DNA of 64,000 nt from Hamiltosporidium tvaerminnensis FI-OER-3-3 (taxonomy: Eukaryota > Fungi > Microsporidia). How positions within the stretch are numbered: the stretch's first letter is position 1; each line of letters opens with the position of its first letter. The notes below the pieces were generated by a model that saw only the letters and a program-made list of their open reading frames with translations, was not told where the DNA came from and made no database searches. The position numbers were made by a program, and so were the translations under genes. The stretch is from positions 186,001 to 250,000 of the forward strand of contig JAKIMF020000013.1 of the NCBI GenBank assembly GCA_022605425.2, written 5' to 3'. This document shows positions 1 through 12,320 of this stretch, piece after piece.

Positions 1-2
1 CA

Positions 3-1262
3 GGAGATAAAAAAGACTTTTATGACTATAATTATAAAGCTGATACCAAACAACTTAAAATTGATTTTTTAATTCGAAATATGCAAATATTCGATAATTC
101 TTACAAACAAAACATAGTTTTGTTGTTTGAGCATCTGAGTATAATAACAAAAATGGCCTATCTTTACGAGAAGTTTTATATTTATCAATTTCATAGGGGT
201 AAATTTTTATTTTTACAAGTAAATCGAGAGAACATTTTAGATAATTTTTTGAATTTGGTAAGTAGTTTTGATCTAAAAAAAACCTTAAAGGAAAATATTT
301 GGTACGTGACTTTTGGTACAGAATTATGTGCTGGAATAGGACCAACGTTAGAATTCTTTACATTATTTGGAAAAAGTATGAATAGAAGCAGATTTTTCGA
401 AATGTTTAAATCAACAGAAACATCTTACATGAATAAATTTGCTGAGTGTCCCGAATATATTGAAAAGGTATATTTTTATACTGGAATAATAATGGCAAAA
501 TGTATTATTTATAATACAACGCTTGGTTTGGAATTTATTGATTCTTTTTATTTATATTTAACAAAAGATTGTTTTACTTTTGAGGATTTGAAAATATGTG
601 ATTCGGAACTTCACAAATCGCTCAGTTTTTTTGCAACTTCTGGAAAGTCAAGTTTTCACGGTTATAATTTTACATGGGCTACAAACAATAATGGTATTTA
701 TGAAGAATTTGAACTTGTAGAAAATGGCTGTAATATTTCACTAACGAGTGATAATCTTGAAGAATATCTACAAAAAATAACAGAGTTTAAATTATTTAAA
801 AGAATGGAGAAATATTTAGATAAGATGAAAGAAGGATTTTGTTTTATATTAGGCGATTCTTTTAGCAATATGTTTAATTACAGAGATTTGAGTACTATGT
901 TGCAAGGAGAACCAGATTTTCAAGTCGAAGATTTTAAACAATGTACTTCGTATGTTGGAGATTATAATAGCAACCATCCTGTTATTATTTGGTTTTGGAA
1001 TTATATGAGTAGCCTGGAAGCTATTAAAAAAAAGAAACTCTTTCTTTTTCTCACAACATTTGAGAAAATACCATTTGGTGGATTTAAATCTCAAAGGTTT
1101 TTAGAATATAAGTTTACAATCATGCCAATTGAAAATTCAAAGTCATTGCCTATCATTCATACGTGTAGTAATTTGCTTGAATTGCCGAAATATGAGAGCG
1201 AGGAGATACTTAGAAGCAAATTTGAATATTGCCTCGATTCGATTACATATGAAATATTATAA
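3..1262 (+). CDS. HECT-domain E3 ubiquitin ligase (5'-partial; frame open from window start)
   Basis: HECT C-lobe motifs VIIWFW, LFLFLTT and LPIIHTCSNLLELPKY with the catalytic Cys. The frame has no stop from position 3 to the annotated ATG at 81. Confidence 0.9.
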   Translation, partial: GDKKDFYDYNYKADTKQLKIDFLIRNMQIFDNSYKQNIVLLFEHLSIITKMAYLYEKFYIYQFHRGKFLFLQVNRENILDNFLNLVSSFDLKKTLKENIWYVTFGTELCAGIGPTLEFFTLFGKSMNRSRFFEMFKSTETSYMNKFAECPEYIEKVYFYTGIIMAKCIIYNTTLGLEFIDSFYLYLTKDCFTFEDLKICDSELHKSLSFFATSGKSSFHGYNFTWATNNNGIYEEFELVENGCNISLTSDNLEEYLQKITEFKLFKRMEKYLDKMKEGFCFILGDSFSNMFNYRDLSTMLQGEPDFQVEDFKQCTSYVGDYNSNHPVIIWFWNYMSSLEAIKKKKLFLFLTTFEKIPFGGFKSQRFLEYKFTIMPIENSKSLPIIHTCSNLLELPKYESEEILRSKFEYCLDSITYEIL

Positions 1263-2497
1263 AAAAAACTTTAATTTAAATATACTTATAGGTCGAAATT
1301 TATTAAATGATTGTATTTTTTTAGGTTTATATTCGGAATTTAACTGATTAAATGATGAAGCTGTTTTTTTATTTTAAATGTATCTTTTTTTTTAGTTTTT
1401 TAAAAAAATGTTTTTTTGAGTTTAAATATTGTATGGAGTTCTGTCTTTGGACACACCGCGGATCTATTTAATAGATATTTTGCTGATTATGTACTAATAA
1501 TTTCAGAAAAAAATAAACTTTCTCTTAATTTAGATCAGAATGTAAATCGTATGAAAAATCAAAATAAGTGAAGTTCCCCCACAACAATTTTTACAATTGA
1601 GGTTACAAAAACATGAATGAATAGCAGAATCTAATTGATGGTAGGACTAAAAAATCATATTATCTATGATTTATTTTTATGAAGTTTTCTTCTATTATAT
1701 AATCTAGTTATATAATGACGAACAGGACGACTCGCTTGTAAATATTTAATTTCATGGAAAAACGCTTGGAACAAATTATATTGTTCCGAGAGGAAATTGA
1801 TCTTAAATGTGTTCAAATAACCTACAAACGAATAACATCGTGCAGCACAATACAAAACATACCAAAATAGTTGATCAATTGAAAAAATCTGCATTAAATA
1901 TTGTTAATGACTGTTAGCCTGTAATAAACGGCAAGAATAGCAGTAATGAATATAGTTTTAAGTTTAATTTTTTAAAATAAAACCTGATCTATACCACCTT
2001 GTTCCGATGAAATTTAAAAGCTTTTCACAAATTCATAGTCGAATGTTCGATAATATTTATGTTTTATTCTTTTTTTCGGTAGAATTTTTTTACATATCTA
2101 ACTATAATTTCATAAAGCAATTATTGTAGGATTAGTTGTACCTTTCATTTTTATACTTGCGAGAATCAATTTTTTCTGAAAGAAAACTGGTATTTTATAC
2201 AGCTAATGAATTTAATATCACGAGTTAAAACATTGTAAAAGAAAGAAATGGAAACTACACATCCGTTCACATTTGAAACGAAGAGGCAAAAGAGGAAATA
2301 AATAAGTAAGCAATGAGTCTACTAATAACATTCAATAAAGAAACCGGTTTTCTGGACAGAAAAACGCTTCACCTGACTAAATCCCAAATAAAAGAGAATG
2401 AAATGAAACGTGATGCTGATTTTAAATAAGATAAATTAAATAATGAGTCGGAGCTACCTAAAAATTTAAATTTAAATAAAATTATCATGAAAAATAT

Positions 2498-2724
2498 GTC
2501 GAGATGAAATGACCACGTTTAAAACTATATTTTTGGCAACGATCGTATTTAAATGATGCTCAGATCATTGGTTCCATTTTAGTGGGATACAAGCCACACA
2601 GGATTTAGGCCAATCCCCTATAATTCCGAGTAATAACAGATTAAAATAAAGAAATAGAAAACTTAGATTTATTTATCCTCGACATCGAAAGCTAAAAGAA
2701 GATCGAATATGTAAGTAAGTAAGT
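2498..2724 (+). mobile_element. Short SINE-like element (shared 5' head, (TAAG)n tail), diverged copy
   Basis: Degenerate head gtcgagatgaaatgaccac, internal gtgggatacaagccacac, then atcctcgac...aaaagaag, ending in gtaagtaagtaag. Colinear with the copies at 10985 and 35140(-). Confidence 0.65.
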
Positions 2725-3681
2725 ATAGGATGGAAAATTAATTAAAAGCAAGCACTAAGCATTGAATTATGCAATCGTTTAGAGGTGGCTCAAAACGCTA
2801 AAAAAAATTACTTTTGAATAGATCAGGGAATATTAGAAATTTAATCGAAATAAATACAATTCAATTACCTAGATCTAGAGGATTAAAAGGAAGTTTATTT
2901 TATTTTTATTTTTTGTTAAATAACGATCAGTCTGCTTTGTGCAATAAACAGCTGATAAATGATTTTTTACAGAGAAATCGTAATAATGTGAAATCTCATA
3001 GGGTTTTTAAGATAAAAGCTTCTTGAAGGTATCATTATGTGCTGATTTGAACCAATTTGTAGATTTAAGGCTGAAAAACTTAGATATGATATTTTCTGAT
3101 GGTATTTCGTAAATTTAATAAAATTTAAACTAAAAATTGAGATATTTATATTTTAAATAGACTTTAGAAGAAAAAAAACATGTTTAATCTATTCATTCTT
3201 AAATTAAAAGACGAATATATACTCATGTGTTCATATATAGGCATATTTATTTGCTTCAATGTTATTTAAACCAAAATATTCATATATTCAAAAATCAATC
3301 TTTTATATTATTAAAGCAAATGATGAATGAAAGGAGCGCATAAGTTATAAAACAGAATTATAAAATATAAAAACCCCAAAATAATTCATATTCAATTGAT
3401 ATATATTCAGTGAATATACAATACAATCAAATATTTGAAACATTAAACTTGGTTAATTTAAATCTTGTTTGAAAGTTGTCTTCGAGTTAAAAATACGCTT
3501 GTATATATTTGCCTGTAAGTTGAACAATACTTGAATAACTTTGATAAAAATATTTTACAAAATTTAGACTTATATAATGACTTACAAAATAGAAAATACA
3601 TTTAAAATTTCACATAAAATATCGTTCAAATATAAAAAAATTTATTCAAATTATTCATGGGTATATTTGGTTCTAAATTAC

Positions 3682-3882
3682 TTATATATCATCATTTAAA
3701 GTTACACTTCCTCTTCCTCTAAAAAAATATTTCATTGCAACCTTCATCCATGAATAATACAAGGTAATAGCAATTAGACAATATAGGAGATAAATAGAAA
3801 CCATAACAATTGTATTTCCAAAAAGCAACCATTTTTTTTCGGTTGTCAAATCTATAGGCAAATATTCTGGTTCTTTTGGCAT
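3682..3882 (-). CDS. Small putative membrane protein (66 aa), function unknown
   Basis: ATG start, long hydrophobic stretch, divergent from CCT5 across an AT-rich intergenic region. Confidence 0.5.
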   Translation of the reverse strand: MPKEPEYLPIDLTTEKKWLLFGNTIVMVSIYLLYCLIAITLYYSWMKVAMKYFFRGRGSVTLNDDI

Positions 3883-4256
3883 TTTATTTTTTTGTTTCTG
3901 TTAGGAAAAAAAAGCTGTTTTAAAACTTTTTATGTTTTAGATAAGACTTTCAATTTTTATATAAAAAATTTTTCAAACATTTTTTTGAGATAAACACCTC
4001 AATTTGAAAATATTTTCTACATTCTTTCTTCGCTCAAAATATCATCGAAACAACAAAAATAAAATCCAATTACAGATTTTTTCGACAATTAATTCCAAAA
4101 TTTTGCATATCAAATTCAATTTGTTTTAATGTATTGGTGATGTTAAATTAAATTTTATTATTTTTTTGTTTTAAAACAGTTATAACCGACTCTGAAACTT
4201 TTTTTGATTAATTTTCAAAATTTTTTATTTAATTTTTTTCAAGATTTTCCCCTCCA

Positions 4257-5984
4257 ATGATAAATATTTTAACAGATGACCTTGGAAGAATATTGACACT
4301 ACCAAAAGAAGAACAGGAATTTCAAATAATGCAAGGAAAAGAAGTAACTAAAGCCAATTCCTTGGTAATAAAAGAAATTTCAGCACTTCTTTCTACTTCT
4401 TTAGGACCAAATGGATTGGATAAAATTTTACAAAGCAAGGATGGAGATATTACTGTTACCAATGATGGAGCAACTATTCTTCAAAATATGGAAATGACAG
4501 AAAATCCCATTTCTCGTCTTATAGTTCAACTTAGTCAATCACAGGATGAAGAAATAGGAGATGGAACAACATCGGTTGTTATTTTAGCCAATGCATTATT
4601 AACCCAAGCACTTTTACTCATCGAAAAAAATATTCATCCAATAAGAATCATTGAAGGCTATGAAAAGGCATGTGAAATGGTGGTAGAATATCTAGAAAAA
4701 ATATCAGATTCTATACTCGACAATCCATATTTTTATATGTCAAAAGCTGCTTCTACTACATTAAACAGTAAAATCGTTTCAAAATATAACGATTATTTTT
4801 CAAAAATAGCGGTAAACACAATTTTAAAGGTTTGTGATATGAAAAGAAGAGACGTGGACTTTGATTTAATTAAAATTTCGACAAAAATTGGAAAAGATCT
4901 TGGTGATACTATTCTTGTAGATGGTGTAGTTATTAATAAAGAATTTAGTCATTTACAAATGAGAAAGGAAATAAAAAATGCAAAAATTGCTCTTTTGAGT
5001 TGTCCTTTCGAACCGCCAAAAATCAAGACAAAACATACCTTGGAAATTTCATCGCCTGAAAGTTACAAAAAGCTACAGGAATATGAAAAAGAAACTTTCT
5101 TAGAAATGATTAGTAGTTTGAAACGTTGTGGTGCGGATTTAGTTATATGCCAATGGGGATTTGATGACGAGGCTAATTCACTTTTGATGGAAAACGATCT
5201 TCCTGCAATAAGATGGGTAGGCGGTTCTGAAATGGAGCTTATAGCCGTTCATACAAGAGGATCGATTATCAGTAGATTTGAAGATTTAAGACCTGAGGAT
5301 TTAGGTAGAGGATCTGTTAAAGAACTTAGTTTAGGAACAGAAAACGAAAAAATAATTGTTATTGAAAATAATGCCAAGAAAAATCATTCTTGTGATCTCA
5401 CCAAAGAATTTGATGGCGAAGATGAAAATTTGAGCAATAAAATTGATACTGCCTTGAAAAATAAAGATTTAGTTCAAGAAACAGCAACTGATAGTGTAAA
5501 ACAAAATACTGTAACAATTTTGATTCGAGGATGTAATAAGATGGTTTTGGAAGAGGCTGAAAGATCGTTACATGATGCCTTGTGTACTGTTAGAAATCTT
5601 TTGGTCAATGATAAGATTGTTTATGGTGGGGGTTCATGTGAATTAGCATGTTCTTTGTTTCTTAAAAAGAAATCGATGGAATCTTCTGATATTTTGTTCG
5701 ATATATTGGAAGGTTTTTCGGTTTCTCTTGAAGAAATCCCAATGTGTTTGGCTAGAAACAGTGATTTGGATGCCGTAGAGTATATTTCTGATTTAAAAAA
5801 GAAACAAAGAGAAACCGGATGTGTCTCACTTGGAGTAGATTGCATGGTAAATAATGAAATTGACATGAAAAAAAATTTCGTTTTTGATTCCTTGAAGTCT
5901 AAATCTCATCTCTTTAGAATGGCGACTCAAATGGTCAACATGATTCTAAAAATTGATGAAGTATTTTTAACGGAGAAAAAATAA
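4257..5984 (+). CDS. CCT5: T-complex protein 1 subunit epsilon (CCT/TRiC chaperonin)
   Basis: SLGPNGLDK, TNDGATIL and GDGTTSVV motifs, plus epsilon-specific CPFEPPK, CQWGFDDEAN and LPAIRWVGG. CCCC motif upstream of the ATG. Confidence 0.95.
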   Translation: MINILTDDLGRILTLPKEEQEFQIMQGKEVTKANSLVIKEISALLSTSLGPNGLDKILQSKDGDITVTNDGATILQNMEMTENPISRLIVQLSQSQDEEIGDGTTSVVILANALLTQALLLIEKNIHPIRIIEGYEKACEMVVEYLEKISDSILDNPYFYMSKAASTTLNSKIVSKYNDYFSKIAVNTILKVCDMKRRDVDFDLIKISTKIGKDLGDTILVDGVVINKEFSHLQMRKEIKNAKIALLSCPFEPPKIKTKHTLEISSPESYKKLQEYEKETFLEMISSLKRCGADLVICQWGFDDEANSLLMENDLPAIRWVGGSEMELIAVHTRGSIISRFEDLRPEDLGRGSVKELSLGTENEKIIVIENNAKKNHSCDLTKEFDGEDENLSNKIDTALKNKDLVQETATDSVKQNTVTILIRGCNKMVLEEAERSLHDALCTVRNLLVNDKIVYGGGSCELACSLFLKKKSMESSDILFDILEGFSVSLEEIPMCLARNSDLDAVEYISDLKKKQRETGCVSLGVDCMVNNEIDMKKNFVFDSLKSKSHLFRMATQMVNMILKIDEVFLTEKK

Positions 5985-6569
5985 AAACTTGATAAACTAT
6001 ATTGTTTTAATATTCCATTTCATTTTCTTAGTCTTTCGGTTCTTCTATCTGCTTTAAATTAAAAAATTGTTGCAAAGGTTTTTGAAGTTAAATAGACTTT
6101 TATACTTTTTTTATATATTTTTTAATTAAACAGAAATCATAAAAATAAAATGGTTAAGTTACAAAATAGACAATAAAGTCGATATTCATGCGATTATATT
6201 ATAGGGGTTTTCGATCAATATAATAATCCTTGCAATCAATATCATAATTTTTCGATCAATATAATAAAAGCTTCAATCAATATCATAATTTTTCGACAAT
6301 ATCATAATTTTTGCAGTCAATATCATAATCCTTGCGATCAATATAATAATTATTTCTAAAAAGTGAAAATTTAAAAAATAATTTATTCAGATATAACTAA
6401 TTCCTATGTCAAATTTCTTTTCAGGTAAGATACCAACGGGAATACATATCATTATCATGTCAGTAAAACATTAGTATGTTTAAAATCTGAAAATGATATG
6501 GTTTGGAGTGTCTTGTGGAAACATCGGGATCACGTAATAAAAATCTCTCACTAACCACCATTCCAACTC

Positions 6570-7563
6570 TAAGGAAACAAATAGTTCTAATAATGATCGG
6601 GAAAGTAATTGCAAAGACTATAGAAGGTTATTCTATACCTTAGATTGTCTCAATGTATCGAATAAATTACCAAACGGTTAATAGTATCGTTAAACGTTAT
6701 TTAAAAACCCGCCCGGTATTTGTAGTGAAAAGAGGTGCTGATAGGCGCTCAAAGTTAACTTTGGAAATAAAAGAGAGCTTACGAACTAATGTTTATTTTG
6801 TGTGTACAAAAACCCCGTATGAGCCTGCAGAATGGGTCAATTGCACATTTAATGTTGATGTGGCAACTAGTACCATTAATCTGCACCATGGGAGTTCCTT
6901 TTCACTCTAAAGCGTGTAACATTAATCTCTGAGCGTAGAAATTCACTTTCGACAATTAAGCTAAAAACCAATTACACAACTAGTTCTCGTGAGTTGGAGG
7001 TGATAACAATGACAAAAACTTTGTATTTTTAGATGAAGTTGGGTTATCGGTAGTAACACGCCCCAGTAGAGGTCATAATTGGAGGCGAATCTGCATACTT
7101 ATCTGTAACTGCAGCCTGAAGTAGAAATATTTTAGTAGTAACTGTAATGAACAAATATAGTACGATATACCATAAGATTCATAAGAGGGCTGTAAGTGGT
7201 GAGACTTTGAATTTTTTATTAAGGAGATTAATAAAAGTTTTCAATGGCAGATAATTTTGACGCCTATTTTTGAATAGACAAACCGAGAATTCTTTACTTT
7301 CGTTGATTGAATGATGATGAGGAAATTGCTTCGTATCAAAAAAATATCTTCCACCTTACTCTCCATTTCTTAATCTAATTGAGAATGCATTCTCAGTCTG
7401 GAAGGATAAAGTAATTCGAGGTGATGCTCGTACTGAGCCTCAGTTGAGAATATTAATTCGTGAAAAATTTAATGAGATATCGGTAGAACATTGTAGTTCT
7501 TTTTACCGTAAAATGGTAGGATATTTGCAAAAGGCTGAAGTGGGGCAAGTGATTCTTGAATAA
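6570..7563 (+). pseudogene. Tc1/IS630 transposase pseudogene
   Basis: HTH-like fragment in ORF 6653-6910 (YQTVNSIVKRY...RRSKLT) and DDE motifs, with several stops and frameshifts. Start boundary approximate. Confidence 0.8.
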
Positions 7564-7663
7564 TAAATTTCAAGTACTATTATAAATTTAATTTTTTGAA
7601 TTTTAATTTTTTAAATTTCTATTTTTTTAATTTTTAAAAATAATTATTATATATTGCAAGGGT

Positions 7664-8386
7664 GTGGAGGGAGGATAAGCACATTAAACTTTCTGCTTGG
7701 TAATGAGTGTATAAAACTGGTGTGGGATCATTGTTTGAATTTTTGGTGGGAATAAAACCACATTACATCTTCGGTTGTTCTTTGGGGGTTGTTATGAGGA
7801 GGAGAGGTCTAAGAAAAGGAGAAACCTTTTCTACAAATTTATTTGTAGTTTTTTATGTAACCAGATTACAGGCCGCAGCTGAACATGTAGGTAATTGCCA
7901 TGTAAAAGCATGGGAGCCTAGCCTTGCTCACTCGGGTCAGAAGACTTAGCGCCTGGGAGTTATAAAAATATAAACCCTTAAAAGCCGGGGGAGCTAAGTA
8001 GCAGGTTATACCTTTTGGTAGGACATTGCACTGTCTAGGTGGTTCTCATGTAAATCTCTGAAATATATCTTAGCTAGAAGTTTATTGGGTTCAGAAAGTG
8101 TAGAGTAAGTAGGAATGCTGCATAGTCTTGGGGGAGCCCAGGGGGGGCTTCGGCCTTCGATCACACTCCATGCAACGGACATTAACGAACTCCAGGTAAC
8201 TGCCTCGCCTATTAATTAGGTTCTACACACCCGGTAGATGAAAGGCTTTGGGATGTAGGTATCGCAGGGGTTACCGAAGAGTATTGGAGTAGCAGTTATT
8301 TATGTTAAACCTAGAACTGCGTTAATGTCATGAAAACAAATATAACACTTGCCACTGTTTTAAAAAGATGTGATATTTTTAAATAA
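7664..8386 (+). mobile_element. Long structured non-coding retroposon, copy 1
   Basis: Closely similar to 20082-20802(-) and 56476-57204. Exact 13-bp TSD atattgcaagggt at 7651-7663 and 8387-8399. Confidence 0.9.
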
Positions 8387-8849
8387 ATATTGCAAGGGTT
8401 ATGATATTGATTGCAACAATTATGATATTGATCGAAAAACATGATATATATGGGCAAAATCATCGAAGTTTAATAAATTCTTATAATATTTTATGTCCTA
8501 ACCTCTAAAATTTTTTAAAATCGATATTTCTGTTTATTTTCTTTAGCATAAACTTAAAATGTTATTATATTTAAAGACTTTTTGTTTTCTTTGTGCAATA
8601 ATTCCTTTTATTCAACATTTTTATAGAATAAAATGCCAAATTAATCAAACTCTTTAGGATTTAGATATAAAGTCTTACTGTAATTTTTTCTACATGGAAA
8701 TCCATCTAAAGGAAATTCTTTTTTTGATTAATTCGTCCAAACAAACAAGATCCGTCAAAATAAAAATTAAAATTAAATCTATTCTATAAAAACATTCATT
8801 ATCTTTTTTTTTAATTTACACAATGAAAATATCAAATAGACGAAGATAG

Positions 8850-10750
8850 CTAACGTACACCGCGGCACTACATTCCTTAAAGAGATCGAGCCTCCTTAAT
8901 GATTCTACTATATTTTTCTCTATTTTTCACCAAGTTTTTCCAATGCAATACATTGAGCTTTCTTAGGGTCTTTTCTGCCTTTTCCAACTATTCTTTTCTC
9001 GTGCGTCTTCGTCTTTTCTTACCTCAGGTGCAGATCTACGAATTTTGCTAACAGCTCTTCAGCCAAAATTCTCTATTATGTGCTCTAGTCATCTAAGTCT
9101 CTGTGTTTCATAATGATGAGAAAATTTGTTTGTTCATAAAGCTCGTATATCTTAGATTTTTTCTAATCCTTCGATTCTTATTTTAAAATATGGGGCTGTC
9201 ACTTTTCTCGGTATCTTTCTTTCCCATATGTTTGGCATAAAACCTCGTCTTTTTTTTGTCATATCCAGTGTTTCAGAAGCGTACAGTACAACAAGTCTAA
9301 TAATTGTCTTATATTTTGCCTTTTCGTATTTCGATTTAGCAGGTTTCACTTCAGTAAGCGTTGCAGAGCAAAGTAGGTTTTGTTGCCTGTTTTTATTCTT
9401 TCTTTAACCTCAAGAGCATTTATGTTATCCTCGTTCAGAAGAAATCACAGGTATTTGAAGCTCGATACTCTTTCAAATATATATGAACCAATTTTTAAAG
9501 AGTTTCTCGGGTATTCATAGACTGACGACATGAGGATATATTTTGTTTTACCTTCATTTATTTTCAATCCAGCTTTCCCTGATTCCGCTGCTAATATTCT
9601 TAAAGTTGATTCTATATCTTCTTGTTTTGTGTCAACAATGGCCAGATTCTCTGCATATGCTAGATATTGTGTGTCTATTAAATATTGTACTATCAGTCTT
9701 CTTCGCCAACTTTCGGATTATTCCCTCTAGTGTTAAATTGAACAGTACACAAGATATGTTCACCTTGTCTTAGTCTCATATTGATGCTAAAATAACTGGA
9801 TATATTACCTGTTAACAATACTTTTCTTTTGTTTGCATCAGTGTTCTCTTTATTAAACGAATAATTTTCATAGCCTTTTTAAAATTTCTGAGAGTTTCTA
9901 TAAAGAAATTCTGATTCATTGCTGGCATATGCTTACTTGTAGTCTACAAAAAGATGTTGTGTTGTGATTTTGTATTCATAGCATTTTTCAAGACACATTC
10001 TTATAGCAAAGATTAAATCGGTCTCTTCTGAATTAAAATTGTTAATCATCAAAAGCGCTTTCTGCGTATGTATCTAATATTTTTGAAATTATATTTATCA
10101 GAACTTTGTATCCTATATTCAGAAGAGATTTTCCTCTGTAGTTAGAGCCCTGTGTTTTTAATCATTTTTTATGAATAGGAAGTATCAGACCAACATTCTA
10201 TTCAATAGGTATTTTTTTCCTGGATCCATATTTCTTTGATTAAATTATGAAAGTTATTTGTTAAGAAATCTCCTTCATATTTTAAAAGTTCGGCTTTGAG
10301 CTTGTCTTCACCAGAGCCTTATTGTTATGTAGACTCATTAAAGCATCTGTTGTCTCTGCCACTGTTGGTCTTGCAATATTTTTTTCTTTGTCTTAATAAA
10401 ATCCTTATTTTTTTCCATAAATTTCACTTTTCTTATATTGTCTGCTTCAAATTTCATTTTAGAATTAAGATGCTTTTTAAAGTATTTAAGCCATCTGGTT
10501 AACACATTTTTTTGATCCCAAGCAAAAATCCTTCAGAACTTTCTACCATCATATTTCAGGCTTAAAACCTCTTCTCTCGTTTCTTAAATTTTCGTAGATT
10601 CTACGAATCGCTTTGTTTTCAGCCATTTTTTCGTATTCCAAATCTTATGTGCTTTTCTCACTCTTTTCTTCCTTCTTAGAATATGTATTGCTTTGGTCCT
10701 TGCTAAGCTGAACTCTTACGCGGTATTTTTAGTTTTTTCTTCTACCGCTT
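8850..10750 (-). mobile_element. Decayed RTE-like LINE (reverse transcriptase pseudogene)
   Basis: Minus-strand fragments NYRGKSLLNIGYKVL (~10100-10143), LRQGD (~9760), QYLAYAENLAIVD (degenerate YADD, ~9631-9669) and YKTIIRLVVLYASET...WERKI. Boundaries approximate. Confidence 0.8.
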
Positions 10751-10984
10751 TAATCTAGGCAAATTTCGATCCTTGATTTAATTCATGCATTATTAATCAT
10801 AGCAGGTGAAAAGAAGAAGATAACTAGACAAAAATTTAAAAATGAGTCTAGAATAGTTTTGAGTTATGTGATGTTCTACAGATCATTAAAGGTACATATA
10901 AGGATTGAATGAAAATATTTCACTAGCATTTATTTAGGAACTTAAAAGAAACTTTACATTTCAATTAGTATTTGTTTATTCTAA

Positions 10985-11204
10985 GTGGGAGGAGGATAAC
11001 AACATTAAAAACTATCTACCTGGCAATTATTATGTAGAATTAGTGTGAAAATGCTTTTTTGCTATTTTGGTGAGATATAAAAAATTCTAGATCAATCGGC
11101 TAATCCCATAAATTATCAGTTACGAGGAATCAAAAGTTACAAAAAGGAAAATTCTAGTTGGTCATCCTCGGCAACGAATGGTAAAAGAGGAATTAGTATG
11201 TAAG
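10985..11204 (+). mobile_element. Short SINE-like element (shared 5' head)
   Basis: Head gtgggaggaggataacaacattaaaaactatctacctggcaat; 3' part catcctcggc...gtaaaagaggaattagtatgtaag. Confidence 0.7.
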
Positions 11205-11859
11205 AAATTGTCTAATCTGCTGCATTAATACATACTCAATAAAATTTAAAGATTTTTTATAGCAAAGAATATACTAGGCCTAAAACATTGGCAGGCAAAA
11301 CTTTATGGTGCTATAATATAGATATGAGAATAAAAGACCCCAAGGAAATATTCAGGCCAAAAAGATAGGTAACAAGGTATTTATCAAATTCTTAATACCC
11401 TCACGCAATAAAATCCATGTCGAAACTAAGATTTTTCAACAGAATTAAACGAACTAGACTCTAATAGCTTAGCCATGGTTAACGAATTTCAGAGAATATA
11501 CTAAAAAAAGTTACTATGCTATTCTGTAGATTAAAGACGGCAGAATTACCACAAAACTAGATAGCTAGATCATGTAAAATAATATATCGGTAACCTTAGT
11601 ATAGAACAGGTGTGTCTAAACTACGGACAGAGGCCATATAATTCTGGCTCGCTGCGATTTTCTTCAAATATGGAAATAAACTAAAATTATACGCATAGAT
11701 ATCATACAAAAAGAATGGTATTATAGATAAGTTAAGCATGAATTTCTAATATAAAGAAGATTCATAGAGTTTTCATTATTTTTTTTATCATTGCTGACTA
11801 AAAACATAAAACGAAATGACAAAAAATATTATAATTTATTTTTAATGAAATAGATGTAG

Positions 11860-12320
11860 TTGAGATTTTTCAGGGATAATTTGTTGAAATAGTGAGCAAA
11901 ATTTACATCTAGAGATTACAGTAACGACTTTAAGTGCTTACCTGTTAATTTGGATCTGGTGAATGTTTTTTGTATATTTCATTTCAAAGGATGTTTATTC
12001 GCACAAATAGGTAGAGCAGAAAGAGGAAATAAAACATCGAGAAAAATTTTGCATGTGATTGAATTGCGTGGCAGGAAGACTCTTAGAAAATTTCAGTAAT
12101 TTATTTGTCTATTTTTATATAGCAATACCGTTAAAATACATGTTTGTTTTTATGAACATCTATCTATATAGGACTTTAAAAATTTGATTTGAAAATATTA
12201 ATGATTAAAATTTCAGAAATATTTTTTAGTATATTGGCATACTACGTATTGATTCTTTGGCCCGCGGGACTTTTTTTAGAAGTTAAAGTGGCGCGCGAGT
12301 CAAAAAGTCGGAGACCCTTG
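11860..12320 (+). mobile_element. hAT (Buster/Charlie/SPIN-like) transposon relic, right terminus
   Basis: Terminus gtggcgcgcgagtcaaaaagtcggagacccttg resembles Charlie-type ends. Its reverse complement aligns over ~70 bp with 49343-49410. Left boundary uncertain. Confidence 0.6.

Larger units (their letters stand above)
6195..8450 (+). mobile_element. Decayed Tc1/IS630-type DNA transposon with repeat-containing inverted termini
   Basis: Broken DDE transposase remains (FVFLDEVG ~7020; YLPPYSPFLNLIENAFSVWK ~7345-7404). Left arm of ~21-bp repeats (ttcgatcaatatcataat) is mirrored at ~7640-7663 and 8387-8450. The right arm is interrupted by a retroposon. Confidence 0.85.

Noticed and set aside
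3883-3960. CTAACAG branch/acceptor-like site upstream of the 66-aa ORF
   Set aside because: No matching GTAAG(T) donor nearby, so an intron is not supported.
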